Assembly: GCA_965206695.1 (NCBI GenBank)
Contig: CBDBKM010000003.1
Span: 32,001 to 96,000, forward strand
DNA length: 64,000 nt
Direction: 5' to 3'
DNA from: Chlamydiales bacterium
Lineage (GTDB): Bacteria > Chlamydiota > Chlamydiia > Chlamydiales > JAAZZY01
In this document: piece after piece, positions 31,292 to 42,715 of the stretch
Layout: each line of letters starts with the position of its first letter
Position numbering within the stretch: position 1 is the first letter of the stretch
Translations under genes and position numbers: made by a program
The notes under the pieces: model-generated
What the model was told of the DNA's origin: nothing
Seen by the model: only the letters and a program-made list of their open reading frames with translations
Database searches by the model: none

Positions 31292-31499
31292 ATGCGATAC
31301 TTAACACAATTATTTCCTGCTTGATCGTAGAGTCTTATATTTTTAAAATGCATGTTTTAGATTTAATTTCCGGAAATTAAAGAAATTAAGAACCATCTGA
31401 ATAACTCACCTTATGCAAGGTTAGTATAAAAATTTTTCTATAGATATTAGAATTTTCTTTCAATTTTGAGGAGAGAACGTATCAAAAGATCTTTTAGAT

Positions 31500-31930
31500 G
31501 TAAAACTAAATCAAGAGCTTTTTGAATCTCAGATAAAAAAGACCCGTGATATAAATGAACGTAATCGTTTATGTGTGCTTTTTTCACGAGATGACGGTCC
31601 GGAACCTGATCTCATTGCTCATGTTCTGCGCCTAAGCCGGTCGAGCGTTTATGAATATTTGAGGGAATTTCAATCAGAAGGAAAAAATCGGCATGATACT
31701 TGATTTTGCGTAAGGTTGAGTGAGGAAATGAGAAAGCCAATCAACTATCTATGAAGGTTAAAGAACTTGATATTATGCCTGACCATATACATATGTTTAT
31801 CAAAACTCAACCCATTCAATCTCTAAAGTTTGCAATTGGTCAACTTAAAAGATACGGTAGTCATTTGTTAAGACAAGAATTCTCAAGTTTAAACGCTCGA
31901 TCGCCTACATTATGGACAAGATATTAGTAT
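31500..31930 (+). mobile_element. Mosaic of IS remnants: IS630 HTH fragment (~31500-31700) and IS200/IS605 TnpA fragment (~31740-31925)
   Basis: First part matches 63012-63299 (KTRDINERNRLCVL); second reads ELDIMPDHIHMFI...LRQEFSSL...LWTR (HUH motif). Confidence 0.75.
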
Positions 31931-32298
31931 GCTGATAATATGTATTTAAATGATCAATTCACTGAATCGGACTATTTTGAAATATTCAGCGAAGGCCAAT
32001 CACTACCTCTTGTGACCTGTAGATTAAAAGATGATTCACAATTTACCGTATGTGATATATCCAAGAAATTACGACAACGAAGTTGAATGCTACCGGCTTA
32101 TATATTACCTCTTCATGCAACATATATTGCCGTTTTACGTTGCGTTATCCGCAAAGGATTTAGTAGAGATATGGCAAAAACTCTATTTAACGGTATCATT
32201 TATGTGATAAAAAACCTTGAAAAGGAACCTCCCGGAGCAAACAAAGCATTAAATCCGGTAAGACATCAAGTATGTTAATTAAAATAGTTTTATAAATT

Positions 32299-33576
32299 AT
32301 GGATCTACCTCAATTAAAACCTCTTAGTAGACCTTCAAAAAAATCCTACTTAATCTACACTTTAGCTGTTCTTTTTCTCTTTTATGAGATGGCCTTGCAA
32401 GTATCCCCTAGTGTCATGACCCACCAACTCATGAAGGATTTACAAATTGATGCCGCATCTCTTGGAGTTATGGCTGCTTTTTATTTTTATTCTTATACGT
32501 TGATGCAAATACCCGCAGGCCTTTTATTCGATCGTTTTAATCCTCGTATACTGATTACAAGTGCTATTATTATCTGTCTATTGGGCGCTCTATTTTTTGG
32601 CAATACCCATACGCTTGCTTTCGCGTCACTAGGTCGTTTCTTAATGGGTATTGGCTCAGCCTTTGCTTTTATTGGTGTTCTAGTCGTTGCTTCTCGTTGG
32701 TTTCCAAGGAAATATTTTGCTTTTTTAGTTGGCATCGCTCAGCTGCTGGCTGCGTTAGGAGCTATGGGTGGAGAGTTACCTTTAGCGGTTCTGGTAAATG
32801 TTTTTGGATGGAGAGATGTGATAACAGGGGTAGCGTTTATAGGAGCTCTTTTAGCTGTTTTCTGCGCCCTTATTATCCATGATCCTCCGCATTACAAAAA
32901 AATGCAAATCGGTCAACAAAATATCTTTAAGAGCATTGCAGACGTTCTTTTAAAAGGACAAACTTGGTGGATTGGTATTTATGCTTTTTGTTCTTGGGGC
33001 CCTGTTGCTGTTTTCGCAGCCCTTTGGGGAGTGCCTTATCTTATGCAACGCTATCATATGAGTAATACCGCGTCAGCTAGTGCTGTTGCTATGATTTGGA
33101 TAGGACTGGCTGTTACCAGCCCCATTTTAGGATGGTATTCAGATAAGTTAGGAAAGCGCTGTCTATTACTTAGATTCTGTTCTTTAATTGGCTTGATCTG
33201 CTCTGTTTTAATTTTATACTTACCTAATTTGCCCCTGCTCGCAGCTTATGTCTTATTATTCGGATTCGGAGCAGCAACAGCCGGTCAAATCTTATCCTTT
33301 GCACTTGTAAGGGATATTAATCATAAAGGAGTAATAGCTACCGCTATTGGATGTAATAACATGGCAGTAGTAGCAGGTGGTGCTTTTTTTCAGCCTTTAG
33401 CAGGGCTTATCTTACGTTGGACTTGGGGCGGTTCTTTACTTCATAATATCCCGGTTTATAGTATTGATAACTATCACTATGCCTTGATGATTGTACCCGT
33501 TTGTTTTTTTGTGGGATTGATCATCAGTAGTATCTTTATTAAAGAGACCTATTGTATTCCAAAATATCAAGATTAA
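32299..33576 (+). CDS. MFS transporter
   Basis: YTLMQIPAGLLFDRF, GRFLMGIGSAFAF, SDKLGKR, about 12 TM. Confidence 0.9.
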   Translation: MDLPQLKPLSRPSKKSYLIYTLAVLFLFYEMALQVSPSVMTHQLMKDLQIDAASLGVMAAFYFYSYTLMQIPAGLLFDRFNPRILITSAIIICLLGALFFGNTHTLAFASLGRFLMGIGSAFAFIGVLVVASRWFPRKYFAFLVGIAQLLAALGAMGGELPLAVLVNVFGWRDVITGVAFIGALLAVFCALIIHDPPHYKKMQIGQQNIFKSIADVLLKGQTWWIGIYAFCSWGPVAVFAALWGVPYLMQRYHMSNTASASAVAMIWIGLAVTSPILGWYSDKLGKRCLLLRFCSLIGLICSVLILYLPNLPLLAAYVLLFGFGAATAGQILSFALVRDINHKGVIATAIGCNNMAVVAGGAFFQPLAGLILRWTWGGSLLHNIPVYSIDNYHYALMIVPVCFFVGLIISSIFIKETYCIPKYQD

Positions 33577-33656
33577 CTTTGGTTAATAACCTTGTTTTAT
33601 TTACGCGAACTCTTTAAACTTTTAGGGCTGATCTTGAAAAGAATAAGACAATTAGA

Positions 33657-34732
33657 ATGATTACACAAGTCCAAACTAAAGAAGTTTCTTCATTTTTACC
33701 TAATCAAATTCATTTTAATGGTGGTAATAGTTATTTCGATACTGCAAGAAAAAGTAATGATTACGTAAAATATTTTTTTAGTGCGTTTGTTCGCTTTTTT
33801 CGTGATCAATTTTATTTTCCACTTAAAATGACTATACAAGACCCTTTTTTCATTAATTGTGATCTCTACACGCGCCATTTTGTTAATATGATTACAGGTA
33901 ATAACTCTAACTTAGACCCAACCTTCCCCCTCCTCCCTAAAATAATTAAATATTTTTCTATAAAGGACGTGCCCGTTATTGTGGAGTTGGAGAATTCCTT
34001 TTTATCTTTCAAACCCGAATCATTGAATCTAAAGAAGAGATAAACGGTAATAAATTACGACTTATTTTATTCAGCTTTTACGGTAATCAGCAACAAGAAG
34101 GAATGGATCTATCTCCATGGGACCCCTTAAGTACAGATGAATTGAGCGCGGCCATTTTGGATATCTTAAAAGCTTATCAAACACAAATCCCTATTGATTC
34201 CATGATGTGTTTTTCAATAGGAGCATTAGCTTTTGACGGTCTTAAGCAAGTAGCTCCGGAAGATTTTCATTTTATTCCAAAAAACCTAATTTTCAATCGA
34301 GGTTTAACCTCTATTGAAAAGGTATCCAACCGACTTTTCTCTTTCCCCGTTAGTTCAATACTTTATCAACTCGCCCATTTTTTTAATTTAGACAGCAATC
34401 CGGAGAATGAATTGTTACAGTTTCTTAATAGAACACAGCAAGACGTTCCTTCCCTAGAAAAAAGAAAAATAGTTATCATTGAAGCAAAACACGATCAATA
34501 TTTTTCAGGTGATGCCGGTTTCAATCCTGATTTTTCAAAACAAATTGCTCTAAAGGGATTTCCAACTTTTGAAGGAACTTTTTTTGTTCTTATCTTTCAT
34601 CCTGCTGCCCATCATGCCATCCGATTAGACTTAATGATAAATAATCATAACTCAGGGACTATAACTGAAAAATTCCTTCCTATATCAACTAACGAATCGG
34701 TAGCATCTTCTATTGTAAATACCCTTATTTAA
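33657..34732 (+). pseudogene. Hypothetical protein split by a frameshift (33657-34043 and 34103-34732)
   Basis: The second frame stays open back to about 34000 and overlaps the first ORF. Confidence 0.55.
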
Positions 34733-34887
34733 GGAAAATAACGGATTTCATACCTGTCTCATAATCGGAGGCAATAAAGATTCTTTAAATTCGATTACAT
34801 ATTTGCAAGCAGCTCCTCTCCTTTCCGCTTTTGTTCAATAAAACCGTATAAAACGCTATAAAAATCGGAATTATTTTAATTTTATAC

Positions 34888-35343
34888 TTATTTATAAAAA
34901 TGACTTTTAATCTGATACGATTTCTTAGGCCCCATAACCTTACAAATAAATTCAAAATGCTCTTTATCAATACAATTAAAAGTAACATCATATTGATCTT
35001 GTAAGCATTTATGAAATGCTTTTGCTTGCTTATTTCCATTAAATTCTAAAGCAACAAATAATTTTGAATCTTCTGTTAATATTTGTGATTTAGAAGATGT
35101 AAAATAGATCTTGAGATTATTTTGTGTTGCTAAATAAATATAATACCGGGTCGCATCTAAACTATTTTTTTGCACTAGATGATGCTTAACGTTTTCTTGA
35201 TAAAACAACCGGTTATCATTGGATGAGATAAATTCCGCTTTGCCCAGCATGGAGCTTAACATTTTTTTAGTTTTAATATCATGGATCGATCTTTCAAGCT
35301 TCCACGACCCTAATAATTCAATATGAACGAAGTCCCAACGCAT
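34888..35343 (-). CDS. DUF6314-like hypothetical protein
   Basis: LLGSWKLERSI, HKCLQDQY, VMGPKKSY pattern. Confidence 0.6.
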   Translation of the reverse strand: MRWDFVHIELLGSWKLERSIHDIKTKKMLSSMLGKAEFISSNDNRLFYQENVKHHLVQKNSLDATRYYIYLATQNNLKIYFTSSKSQILTEDSKLFVALEFNGNKQAKAFHKCLQDQYDVTFNCIDKEHFEFICKVMGPKKSYQIKSHFYK

Positions 35344-36532
35344 GCAGCAATTCTAAAATGATTTCGAAAGATACAAAGAGAAATAGCAACAACAGAGCGA
35401 ACTTGCCACCGGGAAAAACATATGAAGAGGTGTATTTTTTATAATAGCGTCCTGAAAATACCATGAGTATAGGTAGTAAACCTAACAGGATAGAGGCACC
35501 GAAGCCCCCTGCTACACTTAAAGCTGCTATAAAAATATGAGGATTGATTATGGAAAAAATTAAAGGAGGAGCAAAAATCAAAAAGCAAAGAACTATTTTA
35601 CCTTTTGGAGATTTCTTTATATTTAGCCCATCAGCTAAAAAATCTCTTAACCCTAAGGTCACGCCTAAAACAGAAGTAGCTAGTGCAAAAAAACCAAAAT
35701 ATTGACCGATAACAGCCACTACCTTCCCACCTAAAATTCCTCTCAGGGGAGGTATAGCACTATCACCGTGTTGTAAGGCTTCTATTAATCCCCCATTACC
35801 TTCAAGTGGGATAATACCTAAGATTAACCATTCCCATAATATATAAATGAGAAGAGGAATGAGACTACCCATTAAGATAACGAAACGAATAATTTTGGGT
35901 TCTCTTCTTAAATACATAGTGAGACTCGGAACAATTCCTTGGTAACCGAAAGCAGTAAAAACCACAGGAAAAGCAATCAGAGAAAAAGATATATCATAAG
36001 ACATAAATCTTTCGGTTTTGACTAGTGGCAGTCCTAAAACGACAAAAGCAAAAAAAGATAAACCAAGTCCTACCATTAAAAGAAGATTCACACTCTCAAC
36101 AGCTCTAGCCCCCAAGTAAATAAAAGGAGCGAACAGCGCAATAAATACGAGTCCTGACACCCAGTATGAAACGCTACCGCCTAATAATTCATTAATAAGA
36201 GAGGCGCTTCCTGCCACATAAGCCGTTGTTAAACTATAAAAGAAAAATAGGTAAATAAGCCAACTAAAGATTTTGCCAAAGCGGCCTAAAGTTGATTCTG
36301 CTAAAGAGATAATATTTGTTTCTTTATTCATCCACAAGCAAGCTTCCAGCAATAAGAGGCCGGTGGACGCCATAAATGCCCATGTAAGAAAATAAATAAC
36401 AACAGAAGGTAAAAACCCTCCCAAACCGGTGATAACGGGTAGTGCTAACATTCCTCCACCGATAGAAGTACCGGAAACAAGTAAAATACTACCTATAATA
36501 TACTGTGATTTAACCATGACTTTAGTATTCAT
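35318..36532 (-). CDS. tyrP: Aromatic amino acid permease (TyrP/Mtr family)
   Basis: GTSIGGGMLALP, FTAFGYQGIVPSL, ATSVLGVTLGL; follows glmS as in Chlamydia. Confidence 0.9.
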   Translation of the reverse strand: MNTKVMVKSQYIIGSILLVSGTSIGGGMLALPVITGLGGFLPSVVIYFLTWAFMASTGLLLLEACLWMNKETNIISLAESTLGRFGKIFSWLIYLFFFYSLTTAYVAGSASLINELLGGSVSYWVSGLVFIALFAPFIYLGARAVESVNLLLMVGLGLSFFAFVVLGLPLVKTERFMSYDISFSLIAFPVVFTAFGYQGIVPSLTMYLRREPKIIRFVILMGSLIPLLIYILWEWLILGIIPLEGNGGLIEALQHGDSAIPPLRGILGGKVVAVIGQYFGFFALATSVLGVTLGLRDFLADGLNIKKSPKGKIVLCFLIFAPPLIFSIINPHIFIAALSVAGGFGASILLGLLPILMVFSGRYYKKYTSSYVFPGGKFALLLLFLFVSFEIILELLHALGLRSY

Positions 36533-38358
36533 TATTCTACGGTAACAGATTTAGCAAGATTTCTTGGTTGATCAATCTCAGTGCCTCTTTCTTTAGCCAC
36601 ATAGTAAGCAAACAGCTGCATAGCAACTGAAGTGGGAATACTGGCCAGCTCATCTATCACAAGAGGTAAATAAAAAATATCATCTGCGATCTTTTCCAGT
36701 CCTTGAGAGCCTTGTTCAGCAAAAACAATGACCGGTCCTTTACGAGCTTTGACTTCCATTAAATTATTGAGTATTTTGGAATAAGTCATCTTATCGGCAC
36801 ATAAGGCAACGGTAGGACAATTCTCATCAATTAAAGCAATAGGACCATGTTTCATTTCTCCGGCCGGATAACCTTGAGCATTGATATAAGAGATCTCTTT
36901 CAATTTTAAAGCAGCTTCTAAGCTAGCGGGAAACATATACCGCCTGCCAAGGAAGAAAATATTATTAAAATGGGCATATTTTTTCGCCATTTTTTTAATT
37001 TGGTCCGCTCTGTCTAAAACGTCTTGAACTTGATCCGGTAGCTCTTTCATCTTCTGAATTAATATTTGTCCATCATGTTTACTCATGTGTCTCATCCGAG
37101 CCATAAATAAAGTAAAAAGGGCTAAAATGGCTACTTGAGAAGTAAATGCTTTTGTTGAACAAACACCAATTTCCGGGCCTGCACATAAAAACAGGACATT
37201 ATCAGCTTCTCTTGCAATAGTAGATTCTTCTACATTACAAACACCTAAAATTTTGGCACCTTTAGCTTTTAATTCTCGCATTGCCGCAATAGTATCCGCT
37301 GTCTCACCGGATTGACTAATTGCTATCACCAATGTATTTTCTTGTACGATAGAATTTTTATAACGAAATTCAGAAGAAATTTCGACTTGAACAGGAATTC
37401 CGGCAATATCTTCCAGCAGATAGGCGCTAACATAACCGGCATGCCAAGAAGTACCGCAAGCTAAAATCAAAATTCTAGAAACAGAATGTAGATAGTTTAC
37501 ATCAAAACTAAAATTTTCAAATTTAGCAGTACCGTATTCTTCCAAAAAACGAGAAAATAATGTTCTTTCAAGGCTTTTAGGCTGCTCAAAGATTTCTTTT
37601 AAAGTAAAATGCTCAAAACTACCTTTTGATACTTCTTCAAGAGCTCTTTTGATTCGATGCTGTTCTTTAATAACTTTATTTAATTGCATATCATAAACTT
37701 CTAATGAATTCTTCTTGATAACCCCCATCTCTGAATGAGAAAGATAAACCACATCGCGAGTATGCTGTATAAAAGCATTGACATCTGAGGCAACAAATAT
37801 TTCTTTTTTTCCTAAACCTATTACCAGTGGACTCTCATGTGCAGCAATAAAAATCTGATTAGGAAAATCTTTATGGATAATAGCTATGGCAAAAGCCCCT
37901 TCCAATAAGGCAATCGTTTGCTGCATAGCTTTTAATATATCCCCTGTATAGCAATCTGCAATCAGTTGCGCAATAACTTCAGAGTCGGTTTCCGAATCAA
38001 AAATAACACCTTTTTTCTCAAGTTTTTTCCTGAGTATGTCATGATTTTCAATAATACCATTATGAACAACAGCTAATGAGTGTCCCTGATCAAAATGAGG
38101 GTGCGCATTAACAGGAGAGGGTTTCCCATGAGTTGCCCAACGCGTATGAGCAATAGTAGCTTTTGGCGTAAACGTTTTATCTTTAATCAGTTGCTTCAAA
38201 CCGGCGATTTTGCCAACATCTTTATAACAGATTGCTCTGCTACCGATCACTCCGGCTATACCTGCTGAATCATAGCCTCTATACTCCATTTTTTTTAAAC
38301 CTTTTAGAGTCACTCCAACAACATCTTTAGAACCTATATACCCAAAAATTCCACACAT
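36532..38358 (-). CDS. glmS: Glutamine-fructose-6-phosphate aminotransferase
   Basis: MCGIFG, HTRWATHG, SQSGETAD, PRNLAKSVTVE. Confidence 0.98.
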   Translation of the reverse strand: MCGIFGYIGSKDVVGVTLKGLKKMEYRGYDSAGIAGVIGSRAICYKDVGKIAGLKQLIKDKTFTPKATIAHTRWATHGKPSPVNAHPHFDQGHSLAVVHNGIIENHDILRKKLEKKGVIFDSETDSEVIAQLIADCYTGDILKAMQQTIALLEGAFAIAIIHKDFPNQIFIAAHESPLVIGLGKKEIFVASDVNAFIQHTRDVVYLSHSEMGVIKKNSLEVYDMQLNKVIKEQHRIKRALEEVSKGSFEHFTLKEIFEQPKSLERTLFSRFLEEYGTAKFENFSFDVNYLHSVSRILILACGTSWHAGYVSAYLLEDIAGIPVQVEISSEFRYKNSIVQENTLVIAISQSGETADTIAAMRELKAKGAKILGVCNVEESTIAREADNVLFLCAGPEIGVCSTKAFTSQVAILALFTLFMARMRHMSKHDGQILIQKMKELPDQVQDVLDRADQIKKMAKKYAHFNNIFFLGRRYMFPASLEAALKLKEISYINAQGYPAGEMKHGPIALIDENCPTVALCADKMTYSKILNNLMEVKARKGPVIVFAEQGSQGLEKIADDIFYLPLVIDELASIPTSVAMQLFAYYVAKERGTEIDQPRNLAKSVTVE

Positions 38359-38359
38359 T

Positions 38360-39721
38360 CTATTCTGCCTCACCGATTTCGGCGTTCACTAAATTAGCTA
38401 GACTATCAGCTAATTCCAAACTCATTTTTTGTTGTGGACCTTCAACCATAATACGACACAAATTCTCCGTACCGGAATAACGAACTAAAACACGCCCCTT
38501 ATCCATTAGAGTTTTTTGCGTACGCTCAATAGCTTCAGTAAGCCCCGGGATAGTATTTGGTGGTGGTTTAGATGTGACCCGAACATTCACAATCGTTTGA
38601 GGATACCGTTTAATAATCGAAGCGAGATCGGAGAGTTTAGAGTTTGTTTGAATCATGATTTTTAAGACTTGTAGAGCTGAGACTAGACCATCTCCTGTTG
38701 TATTCTGATCTAAAAAGATGAGATGACCACTTTGCTCTCCTCCCAGATTTGTTTGATGTTTCAACATCTCCCGGATAACATATCGATCTCCTACCTGTGA
38801 TTTAATCACTTCAATGCCTAAATCTTCCATGCATTGTAAAAAACCAAAATTACTCATAACCGTCGCTACAACTTTATTATTTTGTAACATCCCTCTCTTC
38901 TTCATATCGTAAGCACAAATCGCTAAAATCATATCTCCATCAATGATTTGCGCTTTTTCATCTACCATGATAACCCTATCCGCATCTCCATCGAATGCAA
39001 TACCAACATCAGCTTGATGTTCTAAAACTGCTTTTTGAGCTAAACCTAAATGCAGAGTGCCGCAATTATCATTAATATTTAATCCGTCAGGTTTATTTCC
39101 ATATGCAAAAACGTTGGCATCCAACTCCGAGAAAGCTAAGGGAGCCACTCGGTAGCCTGCTCCATGAGCGCAGTCCAATACAACCTTAAGCCCTTTTAAT
39201 GATAATCTTTTTGGAAGAGTTGCCTTTACAAATTCAATATACCGACCGTCTGCATCATCAATTTTACTATTTTTACCTACATCTTCATCATTAGGCAGGA
39301 AATCTTCAAAATTATTTTGTAGTACATATTGTTCGATTTCTTTTTCTAAAAGATCCGGTAATTTGTAACCGTCTGCCGTAAAAAATTTAATACCATTATC
39401 ACAATATGGATTATGAGAAGCAGATATTACAATTCCGGCATCAGCACGATAAGCACGTGTTATAAAGGCAACACCGGGGGTTGGAAGAGGTCCTACCATC
39501 AAAGTATCAATCCCCATTGAACATAGTCCCGCTATCAGTGCATTTTCAAAAAGATAACACGAAAGCCTGGTATCTTTACCTATTACAACCCGTTTTCGAT
39601 CCGAATCCCCTTTCCTTAAGATTTTACCAAAAGATCTTCCTAATGCCAGAGCTGTTTCTACGGTCATTGGATCATGATTAGCTCGCCCTCTTACTCCATC
39701 TGTCCCAAAGAGTTTTCTCAT
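38360..39721 (-). CDS. glmM: Phosphoglucosamine mutase
   Basis: FGTDGVRG, SASHNP, DGDADR, GGEQSGH. Confidence 0.98.
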   Translation of the reverse strand: MRKLFGTDGVRGRANHDPMTVETALALGRSFGKILRKGDSDRKRVVIGKDTRLSCYLFENALIAGLCSMGIDTLMVGPLPTPGVAFITRAYRADAGIVISASHNPYCDNGIKFFTADGYKLPDLLEKEIEQYVLQNNFEDFLPNDEDVGKNSKIDDADGRYIEFVKATLPKRLSLKGLKVVLDCAHGAGYRVAPLAFSELDANVFAYGNKPDGLNINDNCGTLHLGLAQKAVLEHQADVGIAFDGDADRVIMVDEKAQIIDGDMILAICAYDMKKRGMLQNNKVVATVMSNFGFLQCMEDLGIEVIKSQVGDRYVIREMLKHQTNLGGEQSGHLIFLDQNTTGDGLVSALQVLKIMIQTNSKLSDLASIIKRYPQTIVNVRVTSKPPPNTIPGLTEAIERTQKTLMDKGRVLVRYSGTENLCRIMVEGPQQKMSLELADSLANLVNAEIGEAE

Positions 39722-40035
39722 GATTCCTTCTTATCAAGTTCTCTATAATCAGTTACTTATAATTAATAAATCGTGTCTTGGAGCCGGTTTTTAACAATTA
39801 AATCATTTTAAAGACAAATTCGCGATAGTTATAGGTTTTTATCCTTTTCTTTTCAAGGATGTTGAAACCTCAAGAAGATCTCGTCATAACTAATTTAAAA
39901 TAAGGTATTTAAATGTTTAGTTTACTAAATTAATTATTAAAAATTAATAAGCCTTTACTTTACTTTTTAATAAATATTTGATATAATTATTTTAAATAAA
40001 ACATCAAATTACTGGCGCTTTAAATATTATAGAAA

Positions 40036-42528
40036 ATGTCAACAAAAAATATAAAATTTTCAGATTTATCACCTGTTGTTAATCCTATCCCCCCGGCAAA
40101 GACAAAAGCCGGTCATCCTACCAATAATACTCCTGAACAAGAAAGAGTTCAAGACGCAGCCAATACAACACTAAAATCATTGAAAAATCGAGCATCTTCC
40201 CCTGCCGGTTTTAGAGTAGAGCAGGAGCAACTTGCATACGAGTATGGTTTTCATTTAATTAAAAACGATGCACATTCACCGAAGTTTTTTTTACCTTGCC
40301 TCTATAAAAATACAGAACGAATAGCTCTACCCATCTCACAATGGGAAGAAATTGCTGATGTATTTAGAGCGCAACTAGGTAGTTTACAAGAAGATTATAA
40401 CAAAAAAAGAAGAACCGATCGTCTACCTGAAAAGAATGATTTAGATCCCGGTAATATCCGTTACATGCAGTTTGAAAGAGATGATAAGGGACAATTACAA
40501 TTTACCTTCATGACAAATTCCGCGACTAAACAATTCTCTCAAGATCAGGAATGGAGATCTCATGAAGATAAAATACTATCTGTCACCGTAACAAATGAAA
40601 CCGTTTTTAATTTAAAAAAAAACCTATTAACAGATGAAAAAAATCCTGTTGATATTGCACATTTTAAAAAACGAGGACTAAAACAATTTGTCACGATTGA
40701 AGGCGAGGGTGATGACCTAACCTTTAAACAAAGTCTTTTAAAAGTTTATTATTCTGCGGGTCAAACTAGAGGCCTCGATCCCGGCCATGAACATCTTATG
40801 CCTAAAAAATCCGATGAAATATCGGTACAATTCACCGAACCACAACAATTTGCACAAATATATGCTACCCATGCAAGAGAAGAACATGACGCATTTATAG
40901 AGAGTCAACAAAAACCCACTGAATCACATTCTTCTGAAGCTACTCCTACTGTTTATTTAGTTATTCCTCCTAACTATTCAAATGAACAAACCTTTCAAAG
41001 AGCTAATGAACGCTGGTTTCAAACACGCTTTCAACCTGCTCTACCTCCTTTAGGAGATAACACGGTAACTCTTGGGAAAATATTTGAACAGGCCCGCGGC
41101 GCCCCCAATCCGCAACAAATTCTAGTGCTTCATTCAGAAGAAACACAATACAATACTCTTAACCGGAATCATATGAGTCCCGATGATATCCAAATTTTTC
41201 AACACCCTGCTTTATATAGAACCTTAAGCAGGTGGGATACATCTCCTCTTGCTGACGGTAAGGATATTGTGACTGTCCTCATACCGGAAGAGCGTAAGCG
41301 TGTTAACTGTATTGGGTACCAATCCTATCCTCAGCAAGTACAAAGGCAAGTCTTTGATCCAAAATCAAGAACATTTAAAGAGAAACCATACGCTGAAAAT
41401 CAAAAAATGACTTTTGTCGTATCAAATGAGTGGTTAGAAGATCGGATGAAAGCAAGATTCCTGGAATATGGAATACAAAAAGGCAACGCTCTTACTCAAA
41501 CAGACAGCGAAAGTGATGACGCATTTCAAAAAAGAAAATTACTTGTTGAAAAACATGGTCTAAGAATCGATAAAGGAGACCATGAGAATGAGAATGATTA
41601 TATCCAAAGAGTGACTTTTTTAGGTGAATTACAAATGCAATGTTTGATTGACCAAGAAAAAGTCTATCGAGCTGCAAAAGCCGCTCGTCAAGAAGATAGT
41701 GCTACAAATGCTGATTTAGACTCATCTATTGAAATGGTTGAACGACCTTGCGGTATTAATCTCGAAGCAAACTTAGTTATGGAATTTATTCCTGATACAG
41801 TTCTTGCAGCTGATGATGTAGAAAATACTCAACCCGGAGGCGCCTATACTCTTTTGCAACGTTCTCTTAGCATACGTACTCAAGCAGCCAGGAGAGCTTT
41901 AACAGAACATGATTCCTTCCAAATGCGTTTTACCAATTATTCTACAAATAAAAAGGAACAAAAACGACTAAAAAGTCGACTTGTTAAAAATATAGATGCT
42001 AACACTGCTCTCGATATCATTGAAAATTGCATTAATCTCATACAAATAGACCACCCCGGGTTTTTAAAAGGACATGATTTAGAAGGTTTAAATTCTGCTC
42101 AAAGGCTGGATTATCTTGAGAGAATGGATCCTCTTGCAAGAAGAACATTAGTTGAAGATTATTTTGTAACAAAATGTGAAAACGACACAGCAGCCTTAAC
42201 TTCTCCGGAAAACCAAGCAACAAAAGCAATGTTTGAAAAAAGCCTATATCATTGTTTTGAATATCAGGATATTTGTAAAAAAATAGGTCGATTATGTATG
42301 GATCAACGTCTACATAACGACTATATTTCAGATGCAGCTAAAGCGGAGCTGCAGAAAAAAATTGAGACAATGACACTTAATGAGATGCAGGTTGTCGGAG
42401 AAGGAGTATTCATGCAATCTCTCGACAATGTGAATGCAAATACTTTGCCTCTTGAACTTACATTTATAGCTCTTTCTTTAATAGAACAAATAGCCTATGA
42501 AACAGCTAAGAACCAAAAGACTTTATAA
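40036..42528 (+). CDS. Large hypothetical protein (830 aa), candidate secreted effector
   Basis: Long ORF with a P/T/S/N-rich N-terminus; no family recognised. Confidence 0.7.
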   Translation: MSTKNIKFSDLSPVVNPIPPAKTKAGHPTNNTPEQERVQDAANTTLKSLKNRASSPAGFRVEQEQLAYEYGFHLIKNDAHSPKFFLPCLYKNTERIALPISQWEEIADVFRAQLGSLQEDYNKKRRTDRLPEKNDLDPGNIRYMQFERDDKGQLQFTFMTNSATKQFSQDQEWRSHEDKILSVTVTNETVFNLKKNLLTDEKNPVDIAHFKKRGLKQFVTIEGEGDDLTFKQSLLKVYYSAGQTRGLDPGHEHLMPKKSDEISVQFTEPQQFAQIYATHAREEHDAFIESQQKPTESHSSEATPTVYLVIPPNYSNEQTFQRANERWFQTRFQPALPPLGDNTVTLGKIFEQARGAPNPQQILVLHSEETQYNTLNRNHMSPDDIQIFQHPALYRTLSRWDTSPLADGKDIVTVLIPEERKRVNCIGYQSYPQQVQRQVFDPKSRTFKEKPYAENQKMTFVVSNEWLEDRMKARFLEYGIQKGNALTQTDSESDDAFQKRKLLVEKHGLRIDKGDHENENDYIQRVTFLGELQMQCLIDQEKVYRAAKAARQEDSATNADLDSSIEMVERPCGINLEANLVMEFIPDTVLAADDVENTQPGGAYTLLQRSLSIRTQAARRALTEHDSFQMRFTNYSTNKKEQKRLKSRLVKNIDANTALDIIENCINLIQIDHPGFLKGHDLEGLNSAQRLDYLERMDPLARRTLVEDYFVTKCENDTAALTSPENQATKAMFEKSLYHCFEYQDICKKIGRLCMDQRLHNDYISDAAKAELQKKIETMTLNEMQVVGEGVFMQSLDNVNANTLPLELTFIALSLIEQIAYETAKNQKTL

Positions 42529-42715
42529 TATCGATTGAATCGTATCTGTTTATCTAAAATTTTATATGTAAGAGACATGTGCTCAGCTACTCTTTCTCAA
42601 GATACCGTAATCTTTTCCAACAAAAAAATGAATTGACTATTATAAAATTAATAAATAAACTATGTCTATTAATCACATCTAAAAAAATCGATCCTAATCA
42701 CATAGAACATTACTT

